DNA from: Eledone cirrhosa
Lineage: Eukaryota
NCBI GenBank assembly: GCA_964016885.1
Contig: OZ024740.1
Span: 16,430,001 to 16,494,000 of the forward strand
Length of the DNA stretch: 64,000 bases
Direction: 5' to 3'
Below, one piece after another: positions 25,021 to 39,000 of the stretch. The notes below the pieces were generated by a model. The model saw nothing but the letters and a program-made list of their open reading frames with translations. It was not told where the DNA came from and searched no databases. The first letter of the stretch is position 1. Each line of letters opens with the position of its first letter. Both the position numbers and the translations under genes were made by a program.

Positions 25021-28000
25021 AAGTTTTACAGGGACACATCAGAGTAAATATGGTGGCTTCTGGACAGAGGTTTACAGGGAGACATCAGTGTAAATATGGT
25101 GGCTTCTAGACGGAGGTTTACAGGGAGACATCAGTGTAAATATGGTGGCTTCTGGATAGAGGTTTACAGGAAGACATCAGTGTAAATATGGTGGCTTCTG
25201 GACAGAGGTTTACAGGGAGACATCAGTGTAAATATGGTGGCTTCTAGACAGAGATTTACAGGGAGACATCTGTGTAAATATGGTGGCTTCTAGACAGAGC
25301 TTTACAGGGAGATATCAGAGTAAATATGGTGGCTTCTGGACAGAGCTTTACAGGGAGACATTAGTGTAAATATGGTGGCTTCAAGACAGAGCTTTACAGG
25401 GAGATATCAGAGTGAATATGGTGGCTTCTGGACAGAGCTTTACAGGGAGATATCAGTGTAAATATGGTGGCTTCTGGACAGAGCTTTACAGGGAGACATC
25501 AGTGTAAATATGGTGGCTTCTAGACAGAGGTTTACAGGGAGACATCAGTGTAAATATAGTGGCTTCTGGAGAGAGGATTACAGGGAGACATCAGTGTAAA
25601 TATGGTGGCTTCTAGACAGAGATTTACAGGGAGACATCAGAGTAAATATGGTGGCTTCTAGATAGAGGTTTACAGGGAGACAACAGTGTAAATATGGTGG
25701 CTTCTAGACAGAGATATACAGGGAGACATCTGTGTAAATATGGTGGCTTCTAGACAGAGCTTTACAGGGAGATATCAGAGTAAATATGGTGGCTTCTAGA
25801 CAAAGCATTACAGGGAGACATCAGTGTGAATATGGTGGCATCTGGACAAAGGTTTACAGGGAGACATCAGTGTAAATGTGGTGGCATCTGGACAGAGGTT
25901 TACAGGGAGACATCAGTGTAAATATGGTGTCTTCTGGACAGAGCTTTACAGGGAGACATTAGTGTAAATATGGTGGCTTCTAGTCAGAGCTTTACAGGGA
26001 GATATCAGAGTAAATATGGTGGCTTCTACACAAAGCTTTACAGGGAGACATCACTGTAAATATGGTGGCTTCTAGACAGAGGTTTACTGGGAGACATCAG
26101 TGTAAATATGGTGGCTTCTAGACAAAGTTTTACAGGGAGACATCAGTGTAAATATGGTGGCTTCTAGACAGAGCTTTACAGGGAGACATCAGTGTAAATA
26201 TGGTGGCTTCTGGATAGAGGTTTACAGGGAGACATCAGGGTAAATATGGTGGCTTCTGGACAGATGTTTACAGGGAGACATCAGTGTAAATATGTTGGCT
26301 TCTAGACAGAGGTTTACAGGGAGACATCAGTGTAAATATGGTGGCTTCTGGATAGAGGTTTACAGGGAGACATCAGTGTAAATATGGTGGCTTCTGCACA
26401 GAGGTTTACAGGGAGACATCAGTGTAAATATGGTGGTTTCTGGACAGAACTTTACAGGGAGATATCAGTGTAAATATGGTGGCTTCTGGACAGAGGTTTA
26501 CAGGGAGATATCAGTGTAAATATGGTGGCTTCTGGACAGAGGTTTACAGGGAGACAGCAGTGTAAATATGGTGGGCCTAGACAAGTTTACAAGGAGACAT
26601 CTGTGTAAATATGGTGGCTTCTGGACAGATGTTTACAGGGAGACATCAGTGTAAATATGGTGGCTTCTAGACAGGTTTACTGGGAGACATCAGTGTAAAT
26701 ATCGTGGCTTCTAGACAGAGCTTTACAGGGAGACATTAGTGTAAATATGGTGGCTTCTTGACAGAGCTTTACAGGGAGACATCAGTGTAAATATGGTGGC
26801 TTCTGGACAGAGGTTTATAGGGAGATATCAGTGTTAATATGGTGGCTTCTGGACAGAGGTTTACAGGGAGACATCAGTGTAAATGTGGTGGCATCTAGAC
26901 AGAGGTTTACAATGAGACATCAGTGTAAATATGGTGTCTTCTGGACAGAGCTTTACAGGGAGACATTAGTGTAAATATGGTGGCTTCTAGACAGAGCTTC
27001 ACAGGGAGATATCAAAGTGAATATGGTGGCTTCTGGACAGAGGTTTACAGGGAGATCTCAGTGTAAAAATGGTGGCTTCTGGACAGAGCTTTACAGGGAG
27101 ACATCAGTGTAAATATGGTGGCTTCTAGACAGAGGTTTACAGGGAGACATCAGTGTAAATATGGTGGCTTCTAGACAGAGGTTTACAGGGAGAAATCAGT
27201 GTAATTATGATGGCTTCTAGACGGAGATTTACAGGGAGACATCAGTGTAAATATGGTGGCTTCTGGACAGAGGTTTACAGGGAGACATCAGTGTAAATAT
27301 GGTGGCTTCTGGACAGAGGTTTACAGGGAGACATCAGTGTAAATGTGGTGGCATCTGGACAGAGGTTTACAATGAGACATCAGTGTAAATATGGTGTCTT
27401 CTGGACAGAGCTTTACAGGGAGACATTAATGTAAATATGGTGGCTTCTAGACAGAGCTTTACAGGGCGATATCAGAGTGAATATGGTGGCTTCTGGACAG
27501 AGGTTTACAGGGAGATATCAGTGTAAATATGGTGGCTTCTGGACAGAGCTTTACAGGGAGACATCAGTGTAAATATGGTGGCTTCTAGACAGAGGTTTAC
27601 AGGGAGACATCAATGTAAATATGGTGGCTTCTGGACAGAGGTTTACAGGGAGACATCAGTGTAAATGTGGTGGCATCTGGACAGAGGTTTACAATGAAAC
27701 ATCAGTGTAAATATGGTTTCTTCTGGACAGAGTTTTACAGGGAGACATTAGTGTAAATATGGTGGCTTCTAGACAGAGCTTTACAGGGCGATATCAGAGT
27801 GAATATGGTGGCTTCTGGACAGAGGTTTACAGGGAGATATCAGAGTAAATATGGTAGCTTCTGGACAGAGCTTTACAGGGAGACATCAGTGTAAATATGG
27901 TGGCTTCTAGACAGAGGTTTACTGGGAGACATCAGTGTAAATATGGTGGCTTCTAGACAAAGCTTTACAGGGAGACATCAGTGTAAATATGGTGGCTTCT

Positions 28001-28523
28001 GGACAGAGGTTTACAGGGAGACATCAGTGTAAATATGGTGGCATCTGGACAAAGGTTTACAGGGACACATCAGTGTAAAAATGGTGGCATCTGGGCAGAG
28101 GTTTACAGGGAGACATCAGTGTAAATATGGTGGCATCTGGACAAAGGTTTACAGGGACACATCAGTGTAAATATGGTGGCTTCTTGACAGAGCTTTACAG
28201 GGAGATATCAGAGTAAATATGGTGGCTTCTAGACAGAGGTTTACAGGGAGACATCAATGTAACAATGATGGCTTCTAGACGGAGATTTACAGGGAGACAT
28301 CAGTGTAAATATGGTGGCTTCTTGACAGAGGTTTACAGGGAGACATCAGTGTAAATATGGTGGCTTCTGGACAGAGGTTTACAGGGAGACATTAGTGTAA
28401 ATATGGTGGCTTCTGGACAGAGGTTTATAGGGAGATATCAGTGTTAATATGGTGGCTTCTGGACAGAGGTTTACAGGGAGACATCAGTGTAAATATGGTG
28501 TCCTCTGGACAGAGCTTTACAGG

Positions 28524-31500
28524 GAGACATTAGTGTAAATATGGTGGCTTCTAGTCAGAGCTTTACAGGGAGTTATCAGAGTAAATATGGTGGCTTCTAG
28601 ACAAAGCTTTACAGGGAGACATCACTGTAAATATGGTGGCTTCTAGACAGAGGTTTACTGGGAGACACCAGTGTAAATATGGTGGCTTCTAGACAAAGTT
28701 TTACAGGGAGACATCAGTGTAAATATGATGGCTTCTAGACAGAGCTTTACAGGGAGACATCAGTGTAAATATGGTGGCTTCTAGACAGATCTTTACAGGG
28801 AGACATCAGTGTAAAAATGGTTGCTTCTGGACAGAGGTTTACAGGGAGACATCAGTGTAAATATGGTGGCTTCTGGACAGAGCTTTACAGGGAGATATCA
28901 GTGTAAATATGGTGGCTTCTGGACAGAGGTTTACAGGGAGACATCAGTGTAAATATGGTGGCTTCTGGACAGAGGTTTACAGGGAGACAGCAGTGTAAAT
29001 ATGGTGGGCCTAGAAAGGTTTACAAGGAGACATCTGTGTAAATATGGTGGCTTCTGGACAGATGTTTACAGGGAGACATCAGTGTAAATATGGTGGCTTC
29101 TAGACACAGCTTTACAGGGAGACATCAGTGTAAATATGGTTGCTTCTAGACAGAGGTTTACAGGGAGACATCAGTGTAAATATGGTGGCTTCTGGAGAGA
29201 GGTTTACAGGGAGACATCAGTGTAAAAATGGTGGCTTCTGTACAGAGGTTTACAGGGAGACATTAGTGTAAATATGGTGGCTTCTGGACAGAGGATTACG
29301 GGGAGACATCAGTGTATATATGGTGGCTTCTGGACAGAGGTTTACAGGGAGACATCAGTGTAAATATGGTGGCTTCTGGACAGAGGTTTACAGGGAGACA
29401 TCAGTGTAAATATGGTGGCTTCTGGACAGAGGTTTACAGGGAGATATCAATGTAAATATGGTGGCTTATGGACAGAGGTTTACAGGGAGACATCAGTGTA
29501 AATATGGTGGCTTCTAGACAGAGGTTTACAGGGAGACATCAGTGTAAAAATGGTGGCTTCTGTACAGAGGTTTACAGGGAGACATTAGTGTAAATATGGT
29601 GGCTTCTGGACAGAGGTTTACGGGGAGACATCAGTGTATATATGGTGGCTTCTGGACAGAGCTTTACAGGGAAACATCAGTGTAAATATGGTGGCTTCTA
29701 GACAGAGCTTTACAGGGAGATATCAGAGTAAATATGGTGGCTTCTAGACAAAGCTTTACAGGGAGACATCAGTGTAAATATGGTGGCTTCTAGACAGGTT
29801 TACTGGGAGACATCAGTGTAAATATCTTGGCTTCTAGTCAAAGCTTTACAGGGAGACATCAGTGTAAATATGGTGGCTTCTAGACAGAGCTTTATAGGGA
29901 GACATCAGTGTAAATATGGTGGCTTCTAGACAGAGCTTTACAGGGAAACATCAGTGTAAATATGGTGGCTTCTAGACAGAGCTTTCCAGGGAGACATCAG
30001 TGTAAATATGGTGGCTTCTAGACAAAGCTTTACAGGGAGACATCAGTGTAAATATGGTGGCTTCTAGACAAAGCTTTAAAGGAAGACATCAGTGTAAATA
30101 TGGTGGCATCTGGACAAAGGTTTACAGGGACACATCAGTGTAAATATGGTGGCTTCTAGACAGAGCTTTACAGGGAGATATCAGAGTAAATATGGTGGCT
30201 TCTAGACAGAGGTTTAAAGGGAGACATCAGTGAAAATATGGTGGCTTCTAGACGGAGGTTTACAGGGAGAAATCAGTGTAAATATGGTGGCTTCTGGACA
30301 GAGGTTTACAGGGAGACATTAGTGTAAATATGGTGGCTTCTGGACAGAGGTTTATAGGGAGATATCAGTGTTAATATGGTGGCTTCTGGACAGAGGTTTA
30401 CAGGGAGACATCAGTGTAAATGTGGTAGCATATGGACAGAGGTTTGCAGGGAGACATCAGTGTAAATATGGTGGCTTCTAGACAGAGCTTTACAGGGAGA
30501 CATCAGTGTAAAAATGGTTGCTTCTGGACAGAGGTTTACAGGGAGACATTAGTGTAAATATGGTGGCTTCTGGACAGAGGTTTACGGGGAGACATCAGTG
30601 TATATATGGTGGCTTCTGGACAGAGGTTTACAGGGAGACATCAGTGTAAATATGTTGGCTTCTGGACAGAGGTTTACAGGGAGACATCAGTGTAAATATG
30701 GTGGCTTCTGGAGAGAGGTTTACAGGGAGACATCAGTGTAAAAATGGTGGCTTCTGTACAGAGGTTTACAGGGAGACATTAGTGTAAATATGGTGGCTTC
30801 TAGTCAGAGCTTTACAGGGAGTTATCAGAGTAAATATGGTGGCTTCTAGACAAAGCTTTACAGGGAGACATCACTGTAAATATGGTGGCTTCTAGACAGA
30901 GGTTTACTGGGAGACACCAGTGTAAATATGGTGGCTTCTAGACAAAGTTTTACAGGGAGACATCAGTGTAAATATGATGGCTTCTAGACAGAGCTTTACA
31001 GGGAGACATCAGTGTAAATATGGTGGCTTCTAGACAGATCTTTACAGGGAGACATCAGTGTAAAAATGGTTGCTTCTGGACAGAGGTTTACAGGGAGACA
31101 TCAGTGTAAATATGGTGGCTTCTGGACAGAGCTTTACAGGGAGATATCAGTGTAAATATGGTGGCTTCTGGACAGAGGTTTACAGGGAGACATCAGTGTA
31201 AATATGGTGGCTTCTGGACAGAGGTTTACAGGGAGACAGCAGTGTAAATATGGTGGGCCTAGAAAGGTTTACAAGGAGACATCTGTGTAAATATGGTGGC
31301 TTCTGGACAGATGTTTACAGGGAGACATCAGTGTAAATATGGTGGCTTCTAGACACAGCTTTACAGGGAGACATCAGTGTAAATATGGTTGCTTCTAGAC
31401 AGAGGTTTACAGGGAGACATCAGTGTAAATATGGTGGCTTCTGGAGAGAGGTTTACAGGGAGACATCAGTGTAAAAATGGTGGCTTCTGTACAGAGGTTT

Positions 31501-33050
31501 ACAGGGAGACATTAGTGTAAATATGGTGGCTTCTGGACAGAGGATTACGGGGAGACATCAGTGTATATATGGTGGCTTCTGGACAGAGGTTTACAGGGAG
31601 ACATCAGTGTAAATATGGTGGCTTCTGGACAGAGGTTTACAGGGAGACATCAGTGTAAATATGGTGGCTTCTGGACAGAGGTTTACAGGGAGATATCAAT
31701 GTAAATATGGTGGCTTATGGACAGAGGTTTACAGGGAGACATCAGTGTAAATATGGTGGCTTCTAGACAGAGGTTTACAGGGAGACATCAGTGTAAAAAT
31801 GGTGGCTTCTGTACAGAGGTTTACAGGGAGACATTAGTGTAAATATGGTGGCTTCTGGACAGAGGTTTACGGGGAGACATCAGTGTATATATGGTGGCTT
31901 CTGGACAGAGCTTTACAGGGAAACATCAGTGTAAATATGGTGGCTTCTAGACAGAGCTTTACAGGGAGATATCAGAGTAAATATGGTGGCTTCTAGACAA
32001 AGCTTTACAGGGAGACATCAGTGTAAATATGGTGGCTTCTAGACAGGTTTACTGGGAGACATCAGTGTAAATATCTTGGCTTCTAGTCAAAGCTTTACAG
32101 GGAGACATCAGTGTAAATATGGTGGCTTCTAGACAGAGCTTTATAGGGAGACATCAGTGTAAATATGGTGGCTTCTAGACAGAGCTTTACAGGGAAACAT
32201 CAGTGTAAATATGGTGGCTTCTAGACAGAGCTTTCCAGGGAGACATCAGTGTAAATATGGTGGCTTCTAGACAAAGCTTTACAGGGAGACATCAGTGTAA
32301 ATATGGTGGCTTCTAGACAAAGCTTTAAAGGAAGACATCAGTGTAAATATGGTGGCATCTGGACAAAGGTTTACAGGGACACATCAGTGTAAATATGGTG
32401 GCTTCTAGACAGAGCTTTACAGGGAGATATCAGAGTAAATATGGTGGCTTCTAGACAGAGGTTTAAAGGGAGACATCAGTGAAAATATGGTGGCTTCTAG
32501 ACGGAGGTTTACAGGGAGAAATCAGTGTAAATATGGTGGCTTCTGGACAGAGGTTTACAGGGAGACATTAGTGTAAATATGGTGGCTTCTGGACAGAGGT
32601 TTATAGGGAGATATCAGTGTTAATATGGTGGCTTCTGGACAGAGGTTTACAGGGAGACATCAGTGTAAATGTGGTAGCATATGGACAGAGGTTTGCAGGG
32701 AGACATCAGTGTAAATATGGTGGCTTCTAGACAGAGCTTTACAGGGAGACATCAGTGTAAAAATGGTTGCTTCTGGACAGAGGTTTACAGGGAGACATTA
32801 GTGTAAATATGGTGGCTTCTGGACAGAGGTTTACGGGGAGACATCAGTGTATATATGGTGGCTTCTGGACAGAGGTTTACAGGGAGACATCAGTGTAAAT
32901 ATGTTGGCTTCTGGACAGAGGTTTACAGGGAGACATCAGTGTAAATATGGTGGCTTCTGGAGAGAGGTTTACAGGGAGACATCAGTGTAAAAATGGTGGC
33001 TTCTGTACAGAGGTTTACAGGGAGACATTAGTGTAAATATGGTGGCTTCT
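28524..33050. repeat. Near-perfect tandem duplication of 49 monomers (2249 bp)
   Basis: CTAGTCAG...GAGTTATC at 28551/30800; GGGCCTAGAAAGG at 29006/31255. 2249 = 49x46 - 5, matching one 43-bp and one 44-bp monomer per copy. Confidence 0.92.
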
Positions 33051-36000
33051 GGACAGAGGTTTACGGGGAGACATCAGTGTATATATGGTGGCTTCTGGAC
33101 AGAGGTTTACAGGGAGACATCAGTGTAAATATGGTGGCTTCTGGACAGAGGTTTACAGGGAGACATCAGTGTAAATATGGTGGCTTCTGGACAGAGGTTT
33201 ACAGGGAGATATCAATGTAAATATGGTGGCTTATGGACAGAGGTTTACAGGGAGACATCAATGTAAATATGGTGGCTTCTAGACAGAGGTTTACAGGGAG
33301 ACATCAGTGTAAATATGGTGGCTTCTAGACAGAGCTTTACAGGGAGATATCAGAGTAAATATGGTGGCTTCTAGACAAAGCTTTACAGGGAGACATCAGT
33401 GTAAATATGGTGGCTTCTAGACAGGTTTACTGGGAGACATCAGTGTAAATATCTTGGCTTCTAGTCAAAGCTTTACAGGGAGACATCAGTGTAAATATGG
33501 TGGCTTCTAGACAGAGCTTTATAGGGAGACATCAGTGTAAATATGGTGGCTTCTAGACAGAGCTTTACAGGGAAACATCAGTGTAAATATGGTGGCTTCT
33601 AGACAGAGCTTTCCAGGGAGACATCAGTGTAAATATGGTGGCTTCTAGACAAAGCTTTACAGGGAGACATCAGTGTAAATATGGTGGCTTCTAGACAAAG
33701 CTTTAAAGGAAGACATCATTGTAAATATGGTGGCATCTGGACAAAGGTTTACAGGGACACATCAGTGTAAATATGGTGGCTTCTAGACAGAGCTTTACAG
33801 GGAGATATCAGAGTAAATATGGTGGCTTCTAGACAGAGGTTTAAAGGGAGACATCAGTGAAAATATGGTGGCTTCTAGACGGAGGTTTACAGGGAGAAAT
33901 CAGTGTAAATATGGTGGCTTCTGGACAGAGGTTTACAGGGAGACATTAGTGTAAATATGGTGGCTTCTGGACAGAGGTTTATAGGGAGATATCAGTGTTA
34001 ATATGGTGGCTTCTGGACAGAGGTTTACAGGGAGACATCAGTGTAAATGTGGTAGCATCTGGACAGAGGTTTGCAGGGAGACATCAGTGTAAATATGGTG
34101 GCTTCTAGACAGAGCTTTACAGGGAGACATCAGTGTAAAAATGGTTGCTTCTGGACAGAGGTTTACAGGGAGACATCAGTGTAAATATGGTGGCTTCTAG
34201 TCAGAGCTTTACAGGGAGATATCAGAGTAAATATGGTGGCTTCTAGACAAAGCTTTACAGGAAGACATCAGTGTAAATATGGTGGCTTCTAGACAGAGGT
34301 TTACTGGGAGACATCAGTCTAAATATGGTGGCTTCTAGACAAAGTTTTACAGGGAGACATCAGTGTAAATATGGTGGCTTCTAGACAGAGCTTTACAGGG
34401 AGACATCAGTGTAAATATGGTGGCTTCTAGACAGAGCTTTACAGGGAGACATCAGTGTAGAAATGGTTGCTTCTGGACAGAGGTTTACTGGGAGACATCA
34501 GTGTAAATATGGTGGCTTCTGGACAGAGGTTTACAGGGAGACATCAGTGTAAATATGGTGGCTTCTGGACAGAGCTTTACAGGGAGATATCAGTGTAAAT
34601 ATGGTGGCTTTTGGACAGAGGTTTACAGGGAGACATCAGTGTAAATATGGTGGCTTCTGGACAGAGGTTTACAGGGAGATATCAATGTAAATATGGTGGC
34701 TTATGGACAGAGGTTTACAGGGAGACATCAGTGTAAATATGGTGGCTTCTAGACAGAGGTTTACAGGGAGACATCAGAGTAAATATGGTGACTTCTAGAC
34801 AGAGCTTTACAGGGAGATATCAGAGCAAATATGGTGGCTTCTAAACAAAGCTTTACAGGCAGACATCAGTGTAAATATGGTGGCTTCTAGACAGGTTTAC
34901 TGGGAGACATCAGTGTAAATATCGTGGCTTCTAGACAGAGCTTTACAGGGAGACATCAGTCTAAATATCGTGGCTTCTGGACAAAGCTTTGCAGGGAGAC
35001 ATCAGTGTAAATATGGTGGCTTCTGGACAGAGATTTACAGGGAGACATCAGTGTAAATATTGTGGCTTCTAGACGGAGGTTTACAGGGAGACATCAGAGT
35101 AAATATGGTGCCTTCTGGATAGAGGTTTACAGGGAGACATTAGTGTAAATATGGTGGCTTCTGGACAGAGGTTTATAGGGAGATATCAGTGTTAACATGG
35201 TGGCTTCTGGAGAGAGGTTTACAGGGAGACATCAGTGTAAATGTGGTGGCATCTGGACAGAGGTTTACAATGAGACATCAGTGTAAATATGGTGTCTTCT
35301 GGACAGAGCTTTACAGGGAGACATTAGTGTAAATATGGTGGCTTCTAGACAGAGCTTTACAGGGAGATATCAGAGTGAATATGGTGGCTTCTGGACAGAG
35401 GTTTACAGGGAGACATTAGTGTAAATATGGTGGCTTCTGGACAGAGGTTTATAGGGAGATATCAGTGTTAATATGGTGGCTTCTGGACAGAGGTTTACAG
35501 GGAGACATCAGTGTAAATGTGGTAGCATCTGGACAGAGGTTTGCAGGGAGACATCAGTGTAAATATGGTGGCTTCTAGACAGAGCTTTACAGGGAGACAT
35601 CAGTGTAAAAATGGGTGCTTCTGGACAGAGGTTTACAGGGAGACATCAGTGTAAATATGGTGGCTTCTAGTCAGAGCTTTACAGGGAGATATCAGAGTAA
35701 ATATGGTGGCTTCTAGACAAAGCTTTACAGGAAGACATCAGTGTAAATATGGTGGCTTCTAGACAGAGGTTTACTGGGAGACATCAGTCTAAATATGGTG
35801 GCTTCTAGACAAAGTTTTACAGGGAGACATCAGTGTAAATATGGTGGCTTCTAGACAGAGCTTTACAGGGAGACATCAGTGTAAATATGGTGGCTTCTAG
35901 ACAGAGCTTTACAGGGAGACATCAGTGTAGAAATGGTTGCTTCTGGACAGAGGTTTACTGGGAGACATCAGTGTAAATATGGTGGCTTCTGGACAGAGGT

Positions 36001-39000
36001 TTACAGGGAGACATCAGTGTAAATATGGTGGCTTCTGGACAGAGCTTTACAGGGAGATATCAGTGTAAATATGGTGGCTTTTGGACAGAGGTTTACAGGG
36101 AGACATCAGTGTAAATATGGTGGCTTCTGGAGAGAGGTTTACAGGGAGACATCAGTGTAAAAATGGTGGCTTCTGTACAGAGGTTTACAGGGAGACATTA
36201 GTGTAAATATGGTGGCTTCTGGACAGAGGATTACGGGGAGACATCAGTGTATATATGGTGGCTTCTGGACAGAGGTTTACAGGGAGACATCAGTGTAAAT
36301 ATGGTGGCTTCTGGACAGAGGTTTACAGGGAGACATCAGTGTAAATATGGTGGCTTCTGGACAGAGGTTTACAGGGAGATATCAATGTAAATATGGTGGC
36401 TTATGGACAGAGGTTTACAGGGAGACATCAGTGTAAATATGGTGGCTTCTAGACAGAGGTTTACAGGGAGACATCAGTGTAAAAATGGTGGCTTCTGTAC
36501 AGAGGTTTACAGGGAGACATTAGTGTAAATATGGTGGCTTCTGGACAGAGGTTTACGGGGAGACATCAGTGTATATATGGTGGCTTCTGGACAGAGCTTT
36601 ACAGGGAAACATCAGTGTAAATATGGTGGCTTCTAGACAGAGCTTTACAGGGAGATATCAGAGTAAATATGGTGGCTTCTAGACAAAGCTTTACAGGGAG
36701 ACATCAGTGTAAATATGGTGGCTTCTAGACAGGTTTACTGGGAGACATCAGTGTAAATATCTTGGCTTCTAGTCAAAGCTTTACAGGGAGACATCAGTGT
36801 AAATATGGTGGCTTCTAGACAGAGCTTTATAGGGAGACATCAGTGTAAATATGGTGGCTTCTAGACAGAGCTTTACAGGGAAACATCAGTGTAAATATGG
36901 TGGCTTCTAGACAGAGCTTTCCAGGGAGACATCAGTGTAAATATGGTGGCTTCTAGACAAAGCTTTACAGGGAGACATCAGTGTAAATATGGTGGCTTCT
37001 AGACAAAGCTTTAAAGGAAGACATCAGTGTAAATATGGTGGCATCTGGACAAAGGTTTACAGGGACACATCAGTGTAAATATGGTGGCTTCTAGACAGAG
37101 CTTTACAGGGAGATATCAGAGTAAATATGGTGGCTTCTAGACAGAGGTTTAAAGGGAGACATCAGTGAAAATATGGTGGCTTCTAGACGGAGGTTTACAG
37201 GGAGAAATCAGTGTAAATATGGTGGCTTCTGGACAGAGGTTTACAGGGAGACATTAGTGTAAATATGGTGGCTTCTGGACAGAGGTTTATAGGGAGATAT
37301 CAGTGTTAATATGGTGGCTTCTGGACAGAGGTTTACAGGGAGACATCAGTGTAAATGTGGTAGCATATGGACAGAGGTTTGCAGGGAGACATCAGTGTAA
37401 ATATGGTGGCTTCTAGACAGAGCTTTACAGGGAGACATCAGTGTAAAAATGGTTGCTTCTGGACAGAGGTTTACAGGGAGACATTAGTGTAAATATGGTG
37501 GCTTCTGGACAGAGGTTTACGGGGAGACATCAGTGTATATATGGTGGCTTCTGGACAGAGGTTTACAGGGAGACATCAGTGTAAATATGTTGGCTTCTGG
37601 ACAGAGGTTTACAGGGAGACATCAGTGTAAATATGGTGGCTTCTGGAGAGAGGTTTACAGGGAGACATCAGTGTAAAAATGGTGGCTTCTGTACAGAGGT
37701 TTACAGGGAGACATTAGTGTAAATATGGTGGCTTCTGGACAGAGGTTTACGGGGAGACATCAGTGTATATATGGTGGCTTCTGGACAGAGGTTTACAGGG
37801 AGACATCAGTGTAAATATGGTGGCTTCTGGACAGAGGTTTACAGGGAGACATCAGTGTAAATATGGTGGCTTCTGGACAGAGGTTTACAGGGAGATATCA
37901 ATGTAAATATGGTGGCTTATGGACAGAGGTTTACAGGGAGACATCAATGTAAATATGGTGGCTTCTAGACAGAGGTTTACAGGGAGACATCAGTGTAAAT
38001 ATGGTGGCTTCTAGACAGAGCTTTACAGGGAGATATCAGAGTAAATATGGTGGCTTCTAGACAAAGCTTTACAGGGAGACATCAGTGTAAATATGGTGGC
38101 TTCTAGACAGGTTTACTGGGAGACATCAGTGTAAATATCTTGGCTTCTAGTCAAAGCTTTACAGGGAGACATCAGTGTAAATATGGTGGCTTCTAGACAG
38201 AGCTTTATAGGGAGACATCAGTGTAAATATGGTGGCTTCTAGACAGAGCTTTACAGGGAAACATCAGTGTAAATATGGTGGCTTCTAGACAGAGCTTTCC
38301 AGGGAGACATCAGTGTAAATATGGTGGCTTCTAGACAAAGCTTTACAGGGAGACATCAGTGTAAATATGGTGGCTTCTAGACAAAGCTTTAAAGGAAGAC
38401 ATCATTGTAAATATGGTGGCATCTGGACAAAGGTTTACAGGGACACATCAGTGTAAATATGGTGGCTTCTAGACAGAGCTTTACAGGGAGATATCAGAGT
38501 AAATATGGTGGCTTCTAGACAGAGGTTTAAAGGGAGACATCAGTGAAAATATGGTGGCTTCTAGACGGAGGTTTACAGGGAGAAATCAGTGTAAATATGG
38601 TGGCTTCTGGACAGAGGTTTACAGGGAGACATTAGTGTAAATATGGTGGCTTCTGGACAGAGGTTTATAGGGAGATATCAGTGTTAATATGGTGGCTTCT
38701 GGACAGAGGTTTACAGGGAGACATCAGTGTAAATGTGGTAGCATCTGGACAGAGGTTTGCAGGGAGACATCAGTGTAAATATGGTGGCTTCTAGACAGAG
38801 CTTTACAGGGAGACATCAGTGTAAAAATGGTTGCTTCTGGACAGAGGTTTACAGGGAGACATCAGTGTAAATATGGTGGCTTCTAGTCAGAGCTTTACAG
38901 GGAGATATCAGAGTAAATATGGTGGCTTCTAGACAAAGCTTTACAGGAAGACATCAGTGTAAATATGGTGGCTTCTAGACAGAGGTTTACTGGGAGACAT

